Notes under the pieces: model-generated | The model's input: the letters and a program-made list of their open reading frames with translations, nothing else | Databases searched by the model: none | Told to the model about the DNA's origin: nothing | Made by a program: the position numbers and the translations under genes | Shown here: positions 8,721 to 19,022 of the stretch, in pieces | Layout: every line of letters begins with the position of its first letter | Numbering within the stretch: position 1 is the first letter of the stretch | Assembly: GCA_038212275.1 (NCBI GenBank) | Contig: JBBQUR010000018.1 | Location: forward strand, 1 to 64,000 | Length of the DNA: 64,000 nt | Direction of reading: 5' to 3' | Source of the DNA: Planctomycetota bacterium | GTDB taxonomy: Bacteria; Planctomycetota; B15-G4

Positions 8721-10804
8721 GATGACGAGCCCTCCAGCAGCATGTCCACGATGGCGTCCTTCTCGGCCTGGACCTTCAGCCCCGCCTTGGCGGTCTTGGC
8801 GGTGGCCGCCGCCGCAGCATTCTTGGCCCCGCTGCCCTTGGTGTCCAGCGCCATGGGCTGATCCTGGCGGCTGCCGTCCCGGTAGACGGTGATGCCCTTG
8901 CAACCCGTGGCGTAGGCGAGCAGGTAGGCCTCCTCGACGTCGGCCGGCGTGGCCTCGGGCGAGAAGTTGATGGTCTTGCTCACCGCGGCATCGGTGTGCT
9001 TCTGCCACGCGGCCTGCATCTTCACGTGCCAGGAGGGCGAGATGTCGCGCGCCGAGCGGAAGACGTCCGAGATGTGCTCCGGCAGCTCGACGGGGCAACC
9101 CTCGATGGTGCCGCGCTCGCACGCGAACTCCACGACCTGCTCGATCTGCTCGGCGGTGAAGCCGGCGGCGTGCAAGGCGTCCCTGAACACCGGGTTGATC
9201 TCGTACATGATCTGCGCGCGGCCCTGGCTGTCCTTCATGACCTGACGCTTGAAGGCCAGGCTGAAGATCGGCTCGATGCCGCCCGAACAGCCCGCGATGA
9301 TCGAGATGGTGCCCGTCGGCGCGATGGTCACGCAGTGCGCGTTGCGCATCTTGCGCTTCAGCACCGTGTCCCAGCGGCTGCCCTTCCAGTTGGCGAAGAC
9401 GCCCTTCTCCTCCGCGAGCCGCGTGTCCTCGTCCCACGCCTCCTGCTGAATGAAGCTGGAGACCTTGTCCGCGAGGTCGAGCGCGGCCTGGCTGTCGTAG
9501 GGCACGTGGAGCTTGAAGAGCAGGTCCGCCCAGCCCATGACGCCGAGGCCGATCTTGCGGTTGGCGCGGCACATCGCGTCGATTTCCTTGGTGGGGTAGT
9601 TGTTCACCTCCACCACGTCGTCGAGGAAACGGACGGACGTGCGCACCGTCTCGCCCAGCACGTCCCAGTTCACGCTGCCGAAGCCCGACTCACCGGCCTC
9701 GGCCGGCTGGTGGAACATCGCCAGGTTGAGGCTGCCCAGATTGCAGGCCTCGTAGGGCAGCAGCGGCTGCTCGCCGCACGGGTTCGTGCTGGTCATCGTG
9801 CCGACGTTCGGGGTGGGGTTCACCTCGTTGATGCGGTCGATGAAGATCAGGCCCGGCTCGCCCGACTGCCAGGCCTTTTTCACGATGAGGTCGAAGACCT
9901 CGCCGATGGTCCAGTAGTCGTCCGAACTGGCGGCCGCGAGGGAGGCCGGCGTCGCCGTCGCGTCGTAGTCGGCGCGGTTGTCCGCCTTGCGCAGGAGCGC
10001 CGTGCGCGTGTCGTGCGGGTTGGCCACGACGTGCAGCGCGCCGCGGTCCGAGCGCACGCGGTCCATGAAGGCGTTGGTCACCGTCACCGAGAGGTTGTAG
10101 TTGGTGACCTTGCTCAGGTCTTCCTTGAGCCGGATGAAGTGCAGCACGTCGGGGTGGTCGATGCGCATGGTGCCCATGTTGGCGCCGCGGCGGAACGCAC
10201 CCTGCTGGATGGCGTCGGTCACCGCGCTGAGCATCTTGAGGAAGGACAGCGGGCCCTCGGTGGTGCCGCCCGAGCTGCGCACGATGGAGCCGCTGGGTCG
10301 CAGGCGTGACAGGTCGATGCCGGTGCCGCCGCCCGCGCGCTGGACGAGCGCGATCTGGCGCGCGGTCTCCATGATGTCCGAGATGCTGTCCTCGAGCGGC
10401 AGGACGAAGCAGGCCGAGAGCATGCCGAGCGGGCGGCCCGCATTCATGAGCGTGGGCGAGTTCGGCATGAAGCGGCGATCCCACATCATCTCGAAGTAGC
10501 GCTGGCTCCAGCCGGCCTTGTCCTTCTCGACGCCCGAGACGTGGTCGGCGACCCGGTGGAAGAGCTGGACCGGGGTCTCGCAGATCTGCCCCTGATCGTC
10601 CTTCTTGAGATAGCGGTTCTGGAGCACGCGCAGGGCGTTCTCGGCGAAGTCGCCGCACGAAGCCGCCTGCACCTGGCTCTCCGTCAACTGGGCGATGCGA
10701 TTGCCCGCCACCTGCCCCTTGGCCGCACCGGCCGCAATGCCCGCAGGCTGTCCGCTCTTGCCTCCCTGACCCGAATCACGCATGCGCTCACTCATCTCGA
10801 CCAC
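8717..10804 (-). CDS. nrdJ: Adenosylcobalamin-dependent (class II) ribonucleotide reductase, catalytic subunit
   Basis: FMPNSPTLMNAG, LSACFVL, RRGANMG, TNPCGEQPL, CNLGSLNL, TIAPTGTIS, KGITVYRDGSR; GGGAGG before GTG. Confidence 0.95.
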   Translation of the reverse strand: MVEMSERMRDSGQGGKSGQPAGIAAGAAKGQVAGNRIAQLTESQVQAASCGDFAENALRVLQNRYLKKDDQGQICETPVQLFHRVADHVSGVEKDKAGWSQRYFEMMWDRRFMPNSPTLMNAGRPLGMLSACFVLPLEDSISDIMETARQIALVQRAGGGTGIDLSRLRPSGSIVRSSGGTTEGPLSFLKMLSAVTDAIQQGAFRRGANMGTMRIDHPDVLHFIRLKEDLSKVTNYNLSVTVTNAFMDRVRSDRGALHVVANPHDTRTALLRKADNRADYDATATPASLAAASSDDYWTIGEVFDLIVKKAWQSGEPGLIFIDRINEVNPTPNVGTMTSTNPCGEQPLLPYEACNLGSLNLAMFHQPAEAGESGFGSVNWDVLGETVRTSVRFLDDVVEVNNYPTKEIDAMCRANRKIGLGVMGWADLLFKLHVPYDSQAALDLADKVSSFIQQEAWDEDTRLAEEKGVFANWKGSRWDTVLKRKMRNAHCVTIAPTGTISIIAGCSGGIEPIFSLAFKRQVMKDSQGRAQIMYEINPVFRDALHAAGFTAEQIEQVVEFACERGTIEGCPVELPEHISDVFRSARDISPSWHVKMQAAWQKHTDAAVSKTINFSPEATPADVEEAYLLAYATGCKGITVYRDGSRQDQPMALDTKGSGAKNAAAAATAKTAKAGLKVQAEKDAIVDMLLEGSSS

Positions 10805-10871
10805 CTTGCCCTCCCACCGAAAAAACCGCCACAGACGGCCCTCGCCGCCGCGCGTTGCCTGCTGCCTCCCA

Positions 10872-10919
10872 GCCCTAGCCGTGGGGCTGCGTCATCAGCG
10901 AGGACACTAGATATGGTGG
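10872..10919. promoter_or_regulatory. Tandem NrdR boxes (strong 10904-10919, degenerate 10872-10887)
   Basis: ACACTAGATATGGTGG fits the acaCwAtATaTwGtgt palindrome. A weaker copy GCCCTAGCCGTGGGGC lies exactly 32 bp away, upstream of nrdJ. Confidence 0.75.
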
Positions 10920-11035
10920 GCGCGGGGAGGTGATCAAGCGAAATAAGGAATTCCTTGATCAGCCCCTCATGAGCAGACTTTCTGCTCTTCTGCGAGCCCT
11001 CTTGAATCCGATCGGCGCACTCGTCCGGACCCTGC

Positions 11036-11986
11036 TCAGGGCTCCGCGATCGTTCCTGGCGAGAACTCGCGAAAGGTGCCGATTTGCTGCCGGTTCCGGC
11101 TCCACACCTCGACTTCGAGCTGCAATTCACGGCCGGTCTGCGATCGCACCGCGTCGCGCACGCGCTCCACGAGCGCAAGCACATCGGCCGCCGCGGCGCC
11201 ACCGTTGTTCACGATGAAGTTCGCGTGTTGCTCCGACACCGTGGCGGCGCCGACCGAAAGGCCCTTGCAGCCGGCGCGCTCGATGAGCGCGCCGCTCGCC
11301 GCGTCCGGCGCGTTGCGGAACATGCAGCCCGCGCTGCGCGCCGTGAGCGGCTGACTGGTCCGCTTGGCATGCAGGATCTCGCTCATGCGCTTCCAGATGC
11401 GCTGCGGATCATCGGGCGACAGTTGCAGCACCGCGTCGAGCACGACCTGCCCGCGGAACGGCGAGCTGCGGTAGGCGAATTGCGCGGGCGTGCACGGCAC
11501 CTCGCGCGCGGTGCCGTCGGGCTCCACCACCGTGACGGCGATCAGCCGGTCGCTGATCCAGCCGTGCGAGCTGCCCGCGTTGCCCGCGACCGCGCCACCG
11601 ACGGTGCCGGGAATGCCGATCAGCATCTCCGCGCCGGCCAGCCCCTGACGCTGGCAGACGGAGACCAGTCGCGCGAGCGAGGCGCCTGCCTCCGCGCGCA
11701 GGCAATGCTCGCGCTCGCCGTCGTGCCAGAGGCCCTGCATCGCGCGGGTGTGCAGCACGACGTCGGGCACACCGTCATCGCAGACGAGCAGGTTGCTGCC
11801 GTGGCCGAGCAGCCGGAAAGCCAGACCCGCAGCGCGCAGCTCGCGCACGGCCAGCTGCAATTCCGGCCTCGTGCGCGGTTCGATGATCCACGGCGCGGGA
11901 CCGCCCACGCCGAGCGTCGTGCGAGGACCGAGCTCAGCCTGCTCGTGGACGAGCAGTTGCTCCAGCAAGACGGCCGGCAAGTCCAT
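11036..11986 (-). CDS. murB: UDP-N-acetylenolpyruvoylglucosamine reductase
   Basis: TTLGVGGPA, LGHGSNLL, GIPGTVGGAVAGNAG, SAGCMFRN, HANFIVN, LQLEV. Confidence 0.95.
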   Translation of the reverse strand: MDLPAVLLEQLLVHEQAELGPRTTLGVGGPAPWIIEPRTRPELQLAVRELRAAGLAFRLLGHGSNLLVCDDGVPDVVLHTRAMQGLWHDGEREHCLRAEAGASLARLVSVCQRQGLAGAEMLIGIPGTVGGAVAGNAGSSHGWISDRLIAVTVVEPDGTAREVPCTPAQFAYRSSPFRGQVVLDAVLQLSPDDPQRIWKRMSEILHAKRTSQPLTARSAGCMFRNAPDAASGALIERAGCKGLSVGAATVSEQHANFIVNNGGAAAADVLALVERVRDAVRSQTGRELQLEVEVWSRNRQQIGTFREFSPGTIAEP

Positions 11987-13340
11987 CGATGTCGCCTGCT
12001 CCCATGATGAGGCACACGTCTCCGGGCCGCAGCATCGCCGCGACGGCGCGATCCGCCTCCTGGGCCGCGCCGAGGCGCAGGAGCCGGTCTCCGGTGCGCT
12101 TCGCCAGGTCACGGGCCAGGCCCTCGGCCTGCTCGGGATGGCGATCGCGCGAGATGAAGATATCGCAGAGGCCGACCGCATCGAAGGATTGCAGCGCCGA
12201 GGCGAAGCCGGGCAGGAAGTCCGCGGTGCGACTCACCTGGTGCGGCTGGAAGATGCCGACCACGCGCCGGTTCGGGAAGCGCGCGCGCACCGCGTCCGAC
12301 GCCGCCAGGAGCGCGTCGGGATGATGCGCGAAGTCGTCGATGACGCGCACGCCGTCGTGCTCGCCGAGGTCCTGCAGCCGTCGCGCGACGCCGAGGAAAC
12401 TCGCCACGTGCGGCAGCGCGAACCACAGCGGCACGCCGAGCGCCAGCACCGCCAGCAGGGCCGTGCGCAGGTTCTCCAGATTGTGCCGGCCGAGCAGCGG
12501 CAGCTCGAAAGGACCGCGCCCCCAGGCGCCGCCCTCGACGGTGCCGTGATAGCCGTGCGCATCTTCCGTCACGCGGTCGAGGTGCAGGTGATCCTCGACG
12601 TGCCAGCGCCGCGCGCCGACCGGACAGGACAGCTCGCAGTCGGCGCCGACGCCCGCGCCGAGCACGAGCGTGCCGCCCGGAGGCAGCCGCTGCGCGAACC
12701 GCGCGAAGGCCTGCACGACGCCGCGGGCATCGCCGAAGCAGTCGAGGTGATCGGGCGCGACGCCGTTGATGACCGCGATCTCGTACTCGAGCTGGAGGAA
12801 CGAGTGGTCGTACTCGCAGGCCTCGACGACCATCGCGTCGCCCTGCCCCCAGCCGCTGCTGTCGGGCAGTGACAGCGGACGCGCGCCGACGATCCACGCC
12901 GGGTCGAGCCCCGCCGAGCGCAGCAGGTGCGCCACGAGCGCCGTCGTCGTGGACTTGCCGTGCGTGCCGGCCACCGCGATGCCCCGCCGACCGGTCATCA
13001 CGCGCCCGAGCGCCTCGCTGTATTTGATGACGGGCACGTCGTGCGCGAGCGCGGCGGCCACCTCGGGATTGGAATCCGGCACCGCCGCCGAGCGAATGAG
13101 CAGCTGCGCATCGCCGACGTGGCGCGCATCATGGCCCGAGCGCACGGCGACACCGGCCGCGCGCAGTTCCTCGGCCTGGAAGGTCGCGGCGCTGTCGCTG
13201 CCGCTCACGACATGCCCTCGCGCCGCGAGCAGACGCGCCAGCGCCGAGAGCCCGCCTCCGCCGACGCCGACGCAGTGGAGCCGCTCGGGAAGCGCCCGCT
13301 GCGCGGGCGTCCGCGACGACGGCTGCGAGGGCGAGGACAT
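11934..13340 (-). CDS. murC: UDP-N-acetylmuramate--L-alanine ligase
   Basis: GVGGGGLSALA, VSGSD, AVAGTHGKSTTT, EACEYDHSF, DDFAHHP, FQPH, MGAGDI. Alternative GTG at 13349. Confidence 0.95.
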   Translation of the reverse strand: MSSPSQPSSRTPAQRALPERLHCVGVGGGGLSALARLLAARGHVVSGSDSAATFQAEELRAAGVAVRSGHDARHVGDAQLLIRSAAVPDSNPEVAAALAHDVPVIKYSEALGRVMTGRRGIAVAGTHGKSTTTALVAHLLRSAGLDPAWIVGARPLSLPDSSGWGQGDAMVVEACEYDHSFLQLEYEIAVINGVAPDHLDCFGDARGVVQAFARFAQRLPPGGTLVLGAGVGADCELSCPVGARRWHVEDHLHLDRVTEDAHGYHGTVEGGAWGRGPFELPLLGRHNLENLRTALLAVLALGVPLWFALPHVASFLGVARRLQDLGEHDGVRVIDDFAHHPDALLAASDAVRARFPNRRVVGIFQPHQVSRTADFLPGFASALQSFDAVGLCDIFISRDRHPEQAEGLARDLAKRTGDRLLRLGAAQEADRAVAAMLRPGDVCLIMGAGDIDGLAGRLAGATARPRAG

Positions 13341-13345
13341 CGAGA

Positions 13346-14485
13346 TCACGTGCGGTGCTCGGCGGCGCCCAGCACGACGTCGGCCACATCGCTGGCTGCC
13401 TGCGGTCGCGCGACGCGCCGTGCCGCCGCGCTCATCTCCGGAAGCCGCGTCAGCGCATCGGACAGCAGGGACGCGGCCGTGCGCACGCCGGCCGGATCGT
13501 CGCGGCTCACCATGCAGGCGCCTCCGACGTCCACGAGCAGCTTGCCGTTGGCCTCCTGATGGTGGTCCGCATGATGCGGATACGGGACCAGCACCGACGG
13601 CGTACCGGTGCAGGCCAGCTCGGCGATGGTGCCGGCGCCTGAGCGGCACACGGCGACGTCGGCGAGTCCCCACACCGCAGACATGTCCGCCACGAACTGG
13701 CGGCGCACCACCAGCACGCGGCCCTGTCCGTCGGTGCGATCCGTCGGCGGCACGGGCTGGCCGCCCGAGATGTTCAGCACCTGCCACGAGTCGCCGGTGC
13801 GTGCCAGCACGTCCACGAGCTGCGGCAGCAGCGCGTTGAGATCGCCGGCGCCCTGGCTGCCGCCCATGAGCAGCAGCGTGCGGCGCGTGCTGTCGAGACC
13901 GAGCGTGGCCGCCGCCTCCGACCGCGTGCGTGGCGCCAGGTGCGGTGCCGGGTTGCCGGTGACTTGCGTGCTGTGCAGGCCGCGCGGCATGTCGTCGCCA
14001 TCCACGGTGAGGCAGGTGTGCTGGACGCGCTGGCCGAGCAGGCGGCGCTGGCCGAGCATCCGCTGCACCTTTCCGGCGCGCGCATTCTGCTCGAGCAGCA
14101 CCGAGGGCCGCCCGAAGAAGCCCAACAGCACGGCAGGCAGCGAGACCCAGCCGCCGAGCACCACGATGGCGTCCGGGTCGTAATCGCGCACCGCACGCTG
14201 CCAGCGCCGGCTCGCGTGGAACCACGAGCCGACATCCAGCGGTGACGGGCGCGTGCAGTCGCCGAAGAGGTCGCGGCTGCAGAGCTGCCTCGGTTCGAGC
14301 AGCGCGCGCTCCACCGGCCGTCCGGCGATGAGGAAGAGCGAGTCGTGTCCGCGACGGCGCAGTTCCTCGGCCACGGCGACACCCGGCGCGAGGTGGCCGC
14401 CCGTGCCACCTCCCAGAAACGCCACCTTTCTCGGGCGCTGATCTCGCGGGCCAGGCGGGCCGCGCTCATCCTGGGCCAGCTGCAT
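13346..14485 (-). CDS. murG: Lipid II N-acetylglucosaminyl transferase
   Basis: GGGTGGH, EQNA, TGNP, GGSQGA, RSGAGTIAEL, HQEANG. Confidence 0.95.
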   Translation of the reverse strand: MQLAQDERGPPGPRDQRPRKVAFLGGGTGGHLAPGVAVAEELRRRGHDSLFLIAGRPVERALLEPRQLCSRDLFGDCTRPSPLDVGSWFHASRRWQRAVRDYDPDAIVVLGGWVSLPAVLLGFFGRPSVLLEQNARAGKVQRMLGQRRLLGQRVQHTCLTVDGDDMPRGLHSTQVTGNPAPHLAPRTRSEAAATLGLDSTRRTLLLMGGSQGAGDLNALLPQLVDVLARTGDSWQVLNISGGQPVPPTDRTDGQGRVLVVRRQFVADMSAVWGLADVAVCRSGAGTIAELACTGTPSVLVPYPHHADHHQEANGKLLVDVGGACMVSRDDPAGVRTAASLLSDALTRLPEMSAAARRVARPQAASDVADVVLGAAEHRT

Positions 14486-14486
14486 G

Positions 14487-15275
14487 TCAGGGAATCCGCA
14501 GCACCTGGCCGAGCTTCAGCGCGTCCTTGCTCTTGAGGATGTCCTTGTTCGCGGCGAAGAGATCATCGGCGCGTGTTGCGCTGCCGAGGTACTTCTTCGC
14601 GATCGCCCCGAGCGTGTCACCCTTGACGACGGTGTGCGTCCGCCCCGGGACCGCCGCAGAGGCCGGCGCGGCCACAGGCTTGGCCGGCGTCGCCTTCACC
14701 GGCACGACCGGGGCCGGAACGGCGGCGCCCCCGGTGCCCGCAGCCTGCGCGGGAGCGGCAGCGACCACAGGCGCCTCGCCGCTGACCCGGATCGACATCC
14801 CGATCTTCAGCTTGTGCGGGTCGAGACCCGGGTTGAGCTTGACCAGTTCTTTCCAGCGCGACTCGCTGCCGAGGTAGCGCGCGGCAATCGTGGAGAGCGT
14901 CTCGCCCGAGGCCACCGTGTGCATGCCGCTCGGCGCGGTCACGACGACCGGCGCGCCGGCGGGCACGACCACGTTCAACGCAGCGGGTTCGTCCGACATC
15001 GCCGGGCGTGCGGAGGCGCGGTCACCCGGATAGGCGATCGGCTTCTCGTTCCAGTCGAAACTCGTGCCCGGCATGATGGGCACCACGCGCACGCGATTGC
15101 CCGCAGTGAGCGGAGCGCCATTCGTCGCCGACGCGCCCACCGCGGGCGCCTCGTCACCGATGACCACCGGCGCCATGTCGGGCGCGCTGCTGAAGCCGCC
15201 CTGCAAGCCGATGACGAGCAGAAGCCCGCCCACGAAAATCACTGCGGAAAGCCCGTATTTTTCGACATCACTCAT
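14487..15275 (-). CDS. Membrane-anchored protein with two LysM peptidoglycan-binding domains
   Basis: N-terminal TM helix; HTVASGETLSTIAARYLG..W..L..LNP and HTVVKGDTLGAIAKKYLG..LKLGQVLRIP; GGAG upstream. Confidence 0.9.
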   Translation of the reverse strand: MSDVEKYGLSAVIFVGGLLLVIGLQGGFSSAPDMAPVVIGDEAPAVGASATNGAPLTAGNRVRVVPIMPGTSFDWNEKPIAYPGDRASARPAMSDEPAALNVVVPAGAPVVVTAPSGMHTVASGETLSTIAARYLGSESRWKELVKLNPGLDPHKLKIGMSIRVSGEAPVVAAAPAQAAGTGGAAVPAPVVPVKATPAKPVAAPASAAVPGRTHTVVKGDTLGAIAKKYLGSATRADDLFAANKDILKSKDALKLGQVLRIP

Positions 15276-15341
15276 GACAGGAACTCCCAACCACCAGTTG
15301 CTTTCACCCGGGTCACCACGCCCGGGAAACCACGCCCGCTC

Positions 15342-16520
15342 TCAGCCACCGGGTTCACCCCTGTGTGTGAGCGATGTCGCCCAGCGTGCTTCCAGTTGCG
15401 GATCTTCCTCCGGAGCACGCGCCAAACCAAGCAGCAAACCGATCGAGACGCACAGCATCAGCAGCGACGTGCCGCCTGCGCTGATGAACGGGAGCGGCAG
15501 GCCCTTGTTCGGCGCCACGGCCGTCACCACCGCGATGTTCAGCACGGCCTGCACCGCGACCTGCATGAGCAGGCCGGTGCCGACGATCAGCGAGAAGCGG
15601 CTGCGCATGCCGAGCAGCAGCCGCACGCCGTGCCAGAGGAACAGGGCGTACAGCACGACGATGCTTCCCGTGCCGACCAGTCCGAGTTCCTCGCCGATGA
15701 CGGCGAACAGGAAGTCGTTCTGCGCCTCCGGCAGCAGTCCCCACTTGGCCATGCCGTTGCCGAGTCCCGCGCCGAAGACGCCGCCGCTGCCAAGCGCAGT
15801 GAGCCCCTGCGTCACCTGGTAGTCCGTCCCCTTGTTCTGCCAGCCTTCGATGCGCTGGCGGAAGTGCGGGAAGAAGTACCAGGCGAAAACGGTCGCGGCG
15901 AGCAACGTCGGCACGAAGGCGACGAAGAGGTGCTTGGTGCGCGCGCCGCCCACCCACATGACGAGCACGGCCATGAAGAGCAGGTAGATCGAGCTGCCGT
16001 AGTCCGGCTCGAGGAAGACGAGCAGCGCCGGCACGATCGCCAGGCCGAAGGGAACGGCCAGTCCGTACTTCAGCTCGGAGAGCCGGTCGCGCAACGCCAC
16101 CATCCACGCGCCGATCATCAGGATCGTGGCCACGCGCGCCAGTTCGCTGGGCTGGAACGAGGCCCCGCCCACGCCGAACCAGCGCACCGCGCCGTTGCGT
16201 CGCGCCCCGACCGCCAGCAGCAGCACGAGCAGCGCGATGGCGATGATCCAGGCCGGCCGGGCCAGCGCGAAGAGCCGGCGCGGTCCGGTGCGCATCGCGA
16301 GGAGGAACGCGACCAGCGCGAGGCCCACCTTGGCCAGGTGACCGGCCAGCGGGTGCAGCACGCCACCGGGCCCCGGGTCGCGCAGCTCGTCCACCATCGC
16401 GGAGGAAAAGGCCATCGTGGCGCCGATCGCCAGCAGCGCCAGCATGCAGCCCGTCATGATGCGGGAGCTGGAGGCCATCTGCTCGGGCGTGGTGTAGGGG
16501 AGTTCGCGCATGGGGCTCAA
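15342..16520 (-). CDS. ftsW: SEDS family peptidoglycan polymerase FtsW
   Basis: NGAVRW, FQPSELAR, EPDYGS, YQV.Q, GSGGVFGAGLG, LPEAQNDF, GEELG, KGLPLPFISAGGTSL. Alternative ATG at 16511. Confidence 0.92.
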   Translation of the reverse strand: MSPMRELPYTTPEQMASSSRIMTGCMLALLAIGATMAFSSAMVDELRDPGPGGVLHPLAGHLAKVGLALVAFLLAMRTGPRRLFALARPAWIIAIALLVLLLAVGARRNGAVRWFGVGGASFQPSELARVATILMIGAWMVALRDRLSELKYGLAVPFGLAIVPALLVFLEPDYGSSIYLLFMAVLVMWVGGARTKHLFVAFVPTLLAATVFAWYFFPHFRQRIEGWQNKGTDYQVTQGLTALGSGGVFGAGLGNGMAKWGLLPEAQNDFLFAVIGEELGLVGTGSIVVLYALFLWHGVRLLLGMRSRFSLIVGTGLLMQVAVQAVLNIAVVTAVAPNKGLPLPFISAGGTSLLMLCVSIGLLLGLARAPEEDPQLEARWATSLTHRGEPGG

Positions 16521-16521
16521 T

Positions 16522-17636
16522 TCAGGCGACCGCGAGGCTGGCCATGCCGGCGGCCGCGAACAGCACCGCGATGATCCAGAAGCGCGTCACGATGCGCGTC
16601 TCGGGCATGCCGCCGAATTGGAAATGATGGTGCAGGGGCGCGCAGCGCAGCAGCCGCTTGCCATGCGAATACTTGAAGTAGCCGACCTGCACGATGACCG
16701 AGAGCGCCTCGACCACGAAGACTCCGCCGACGAGCAGCAGCACGAGTTCGTGCTTGGTCACGACGGCGACGTAGCCGAGCAGGCTGCCCAGCGGGAGCGA
16801 GCCGGTGTCGCCCATGTAGACCAGCGCAGGCGCTGCGTTGAACCACAGAAAACCAAGGGTCGCGCCGACCATGGCCGTGCAGAACACGGTCATCTCCTGC
16901 GTGAGCGGCACGTAGAGCAGGTCCTTGCCGGGCAGCAGGCTCTCCGCGCGCCCGACCGCCACGCAGATCGCGGCCATGGCCAGGGCGGACACGACCATGC
17001 TTCCCGCGGCGAGGCCGTCCATGCCGTCCGTGAGATTCACCGCATTGCTGGTGCCCGTCACGACGAGCAGCACGAGCACGACGTGCGGGAGGCCGTGGAA
17101 CCACGAAAGGTCGAGCACCGCACCTTGCGTGAACGGGATGTGCAGCGCCAGCAGCTCGCTCGCGTTGGAGCGGCTCTTGAAGATCAGCGTGATGACCATG
17201 CCGAGCGCCAGCGCCACGAAGAATTGCAGCGTGTACTTGGCTTTCGCGGACAGCCCGCGCCGCTCGCGCCGGGTCAGCTTGACCCAGTCGTCGATGAATC
17301 CGATCAGCCCGTAGCCGAGCGTGGACAGCAGGCCGAGCAGCACGTAGTCGTTCTGCAGGTTGCCGCAGACGAGGCCCGCCACCAGAATCGCGCCGATGAT
17401 CATCACGCCGCCCATCGTGGGCGTCGCGCCCTTCTTCGCATTGATGCGGTTCAGCTCGGGCGCGTCGGTGTTGGTCTCCACCTCGTGGAACTGATGGCGG
17501 TGCAGCCAGCGCAGCAGCCGCGGGCCGACGATCAGCGCCACGGTGAAGGCGAGCACGGCGGACAGTGCGGCGCGCACGGCGAGTGAACCGAAGGGCCCGT
17601 GGGTCCCGGCTCCCAGCTCGTGCAGCAGCCAGAGGA

Positions 17637-17640
<4 letters not shown>
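16522..17640 (-). CDS. mraY: Phospho-N-acetylmuramoyl-pentapeptide transferase
   Basis: TPTMGG, GFIDD, SNAVNLTDGMDGLA, MGDTGSL, APLHHHF. Confidence 0.97.

Positions 17641-19009
<1,369 letters not shown>

Positions 19010-19022
<13 letters not shown>

Noticed and set aside
8700..8760. Frameshift or pseudogene explanation for the split nrdJ
   Set aside because: The second ORF has its own GGAGG and a GTGA overlap like other genes in the window, and no slippery run is evident. Read-level confirmation is still desirable.
10805..11035. Cobalamin riboswitch upstream of nrdJ
   Set aside because: No recognisable B12-box or GGGAA/GCCACTG core; NrdR boxes explain the region better.
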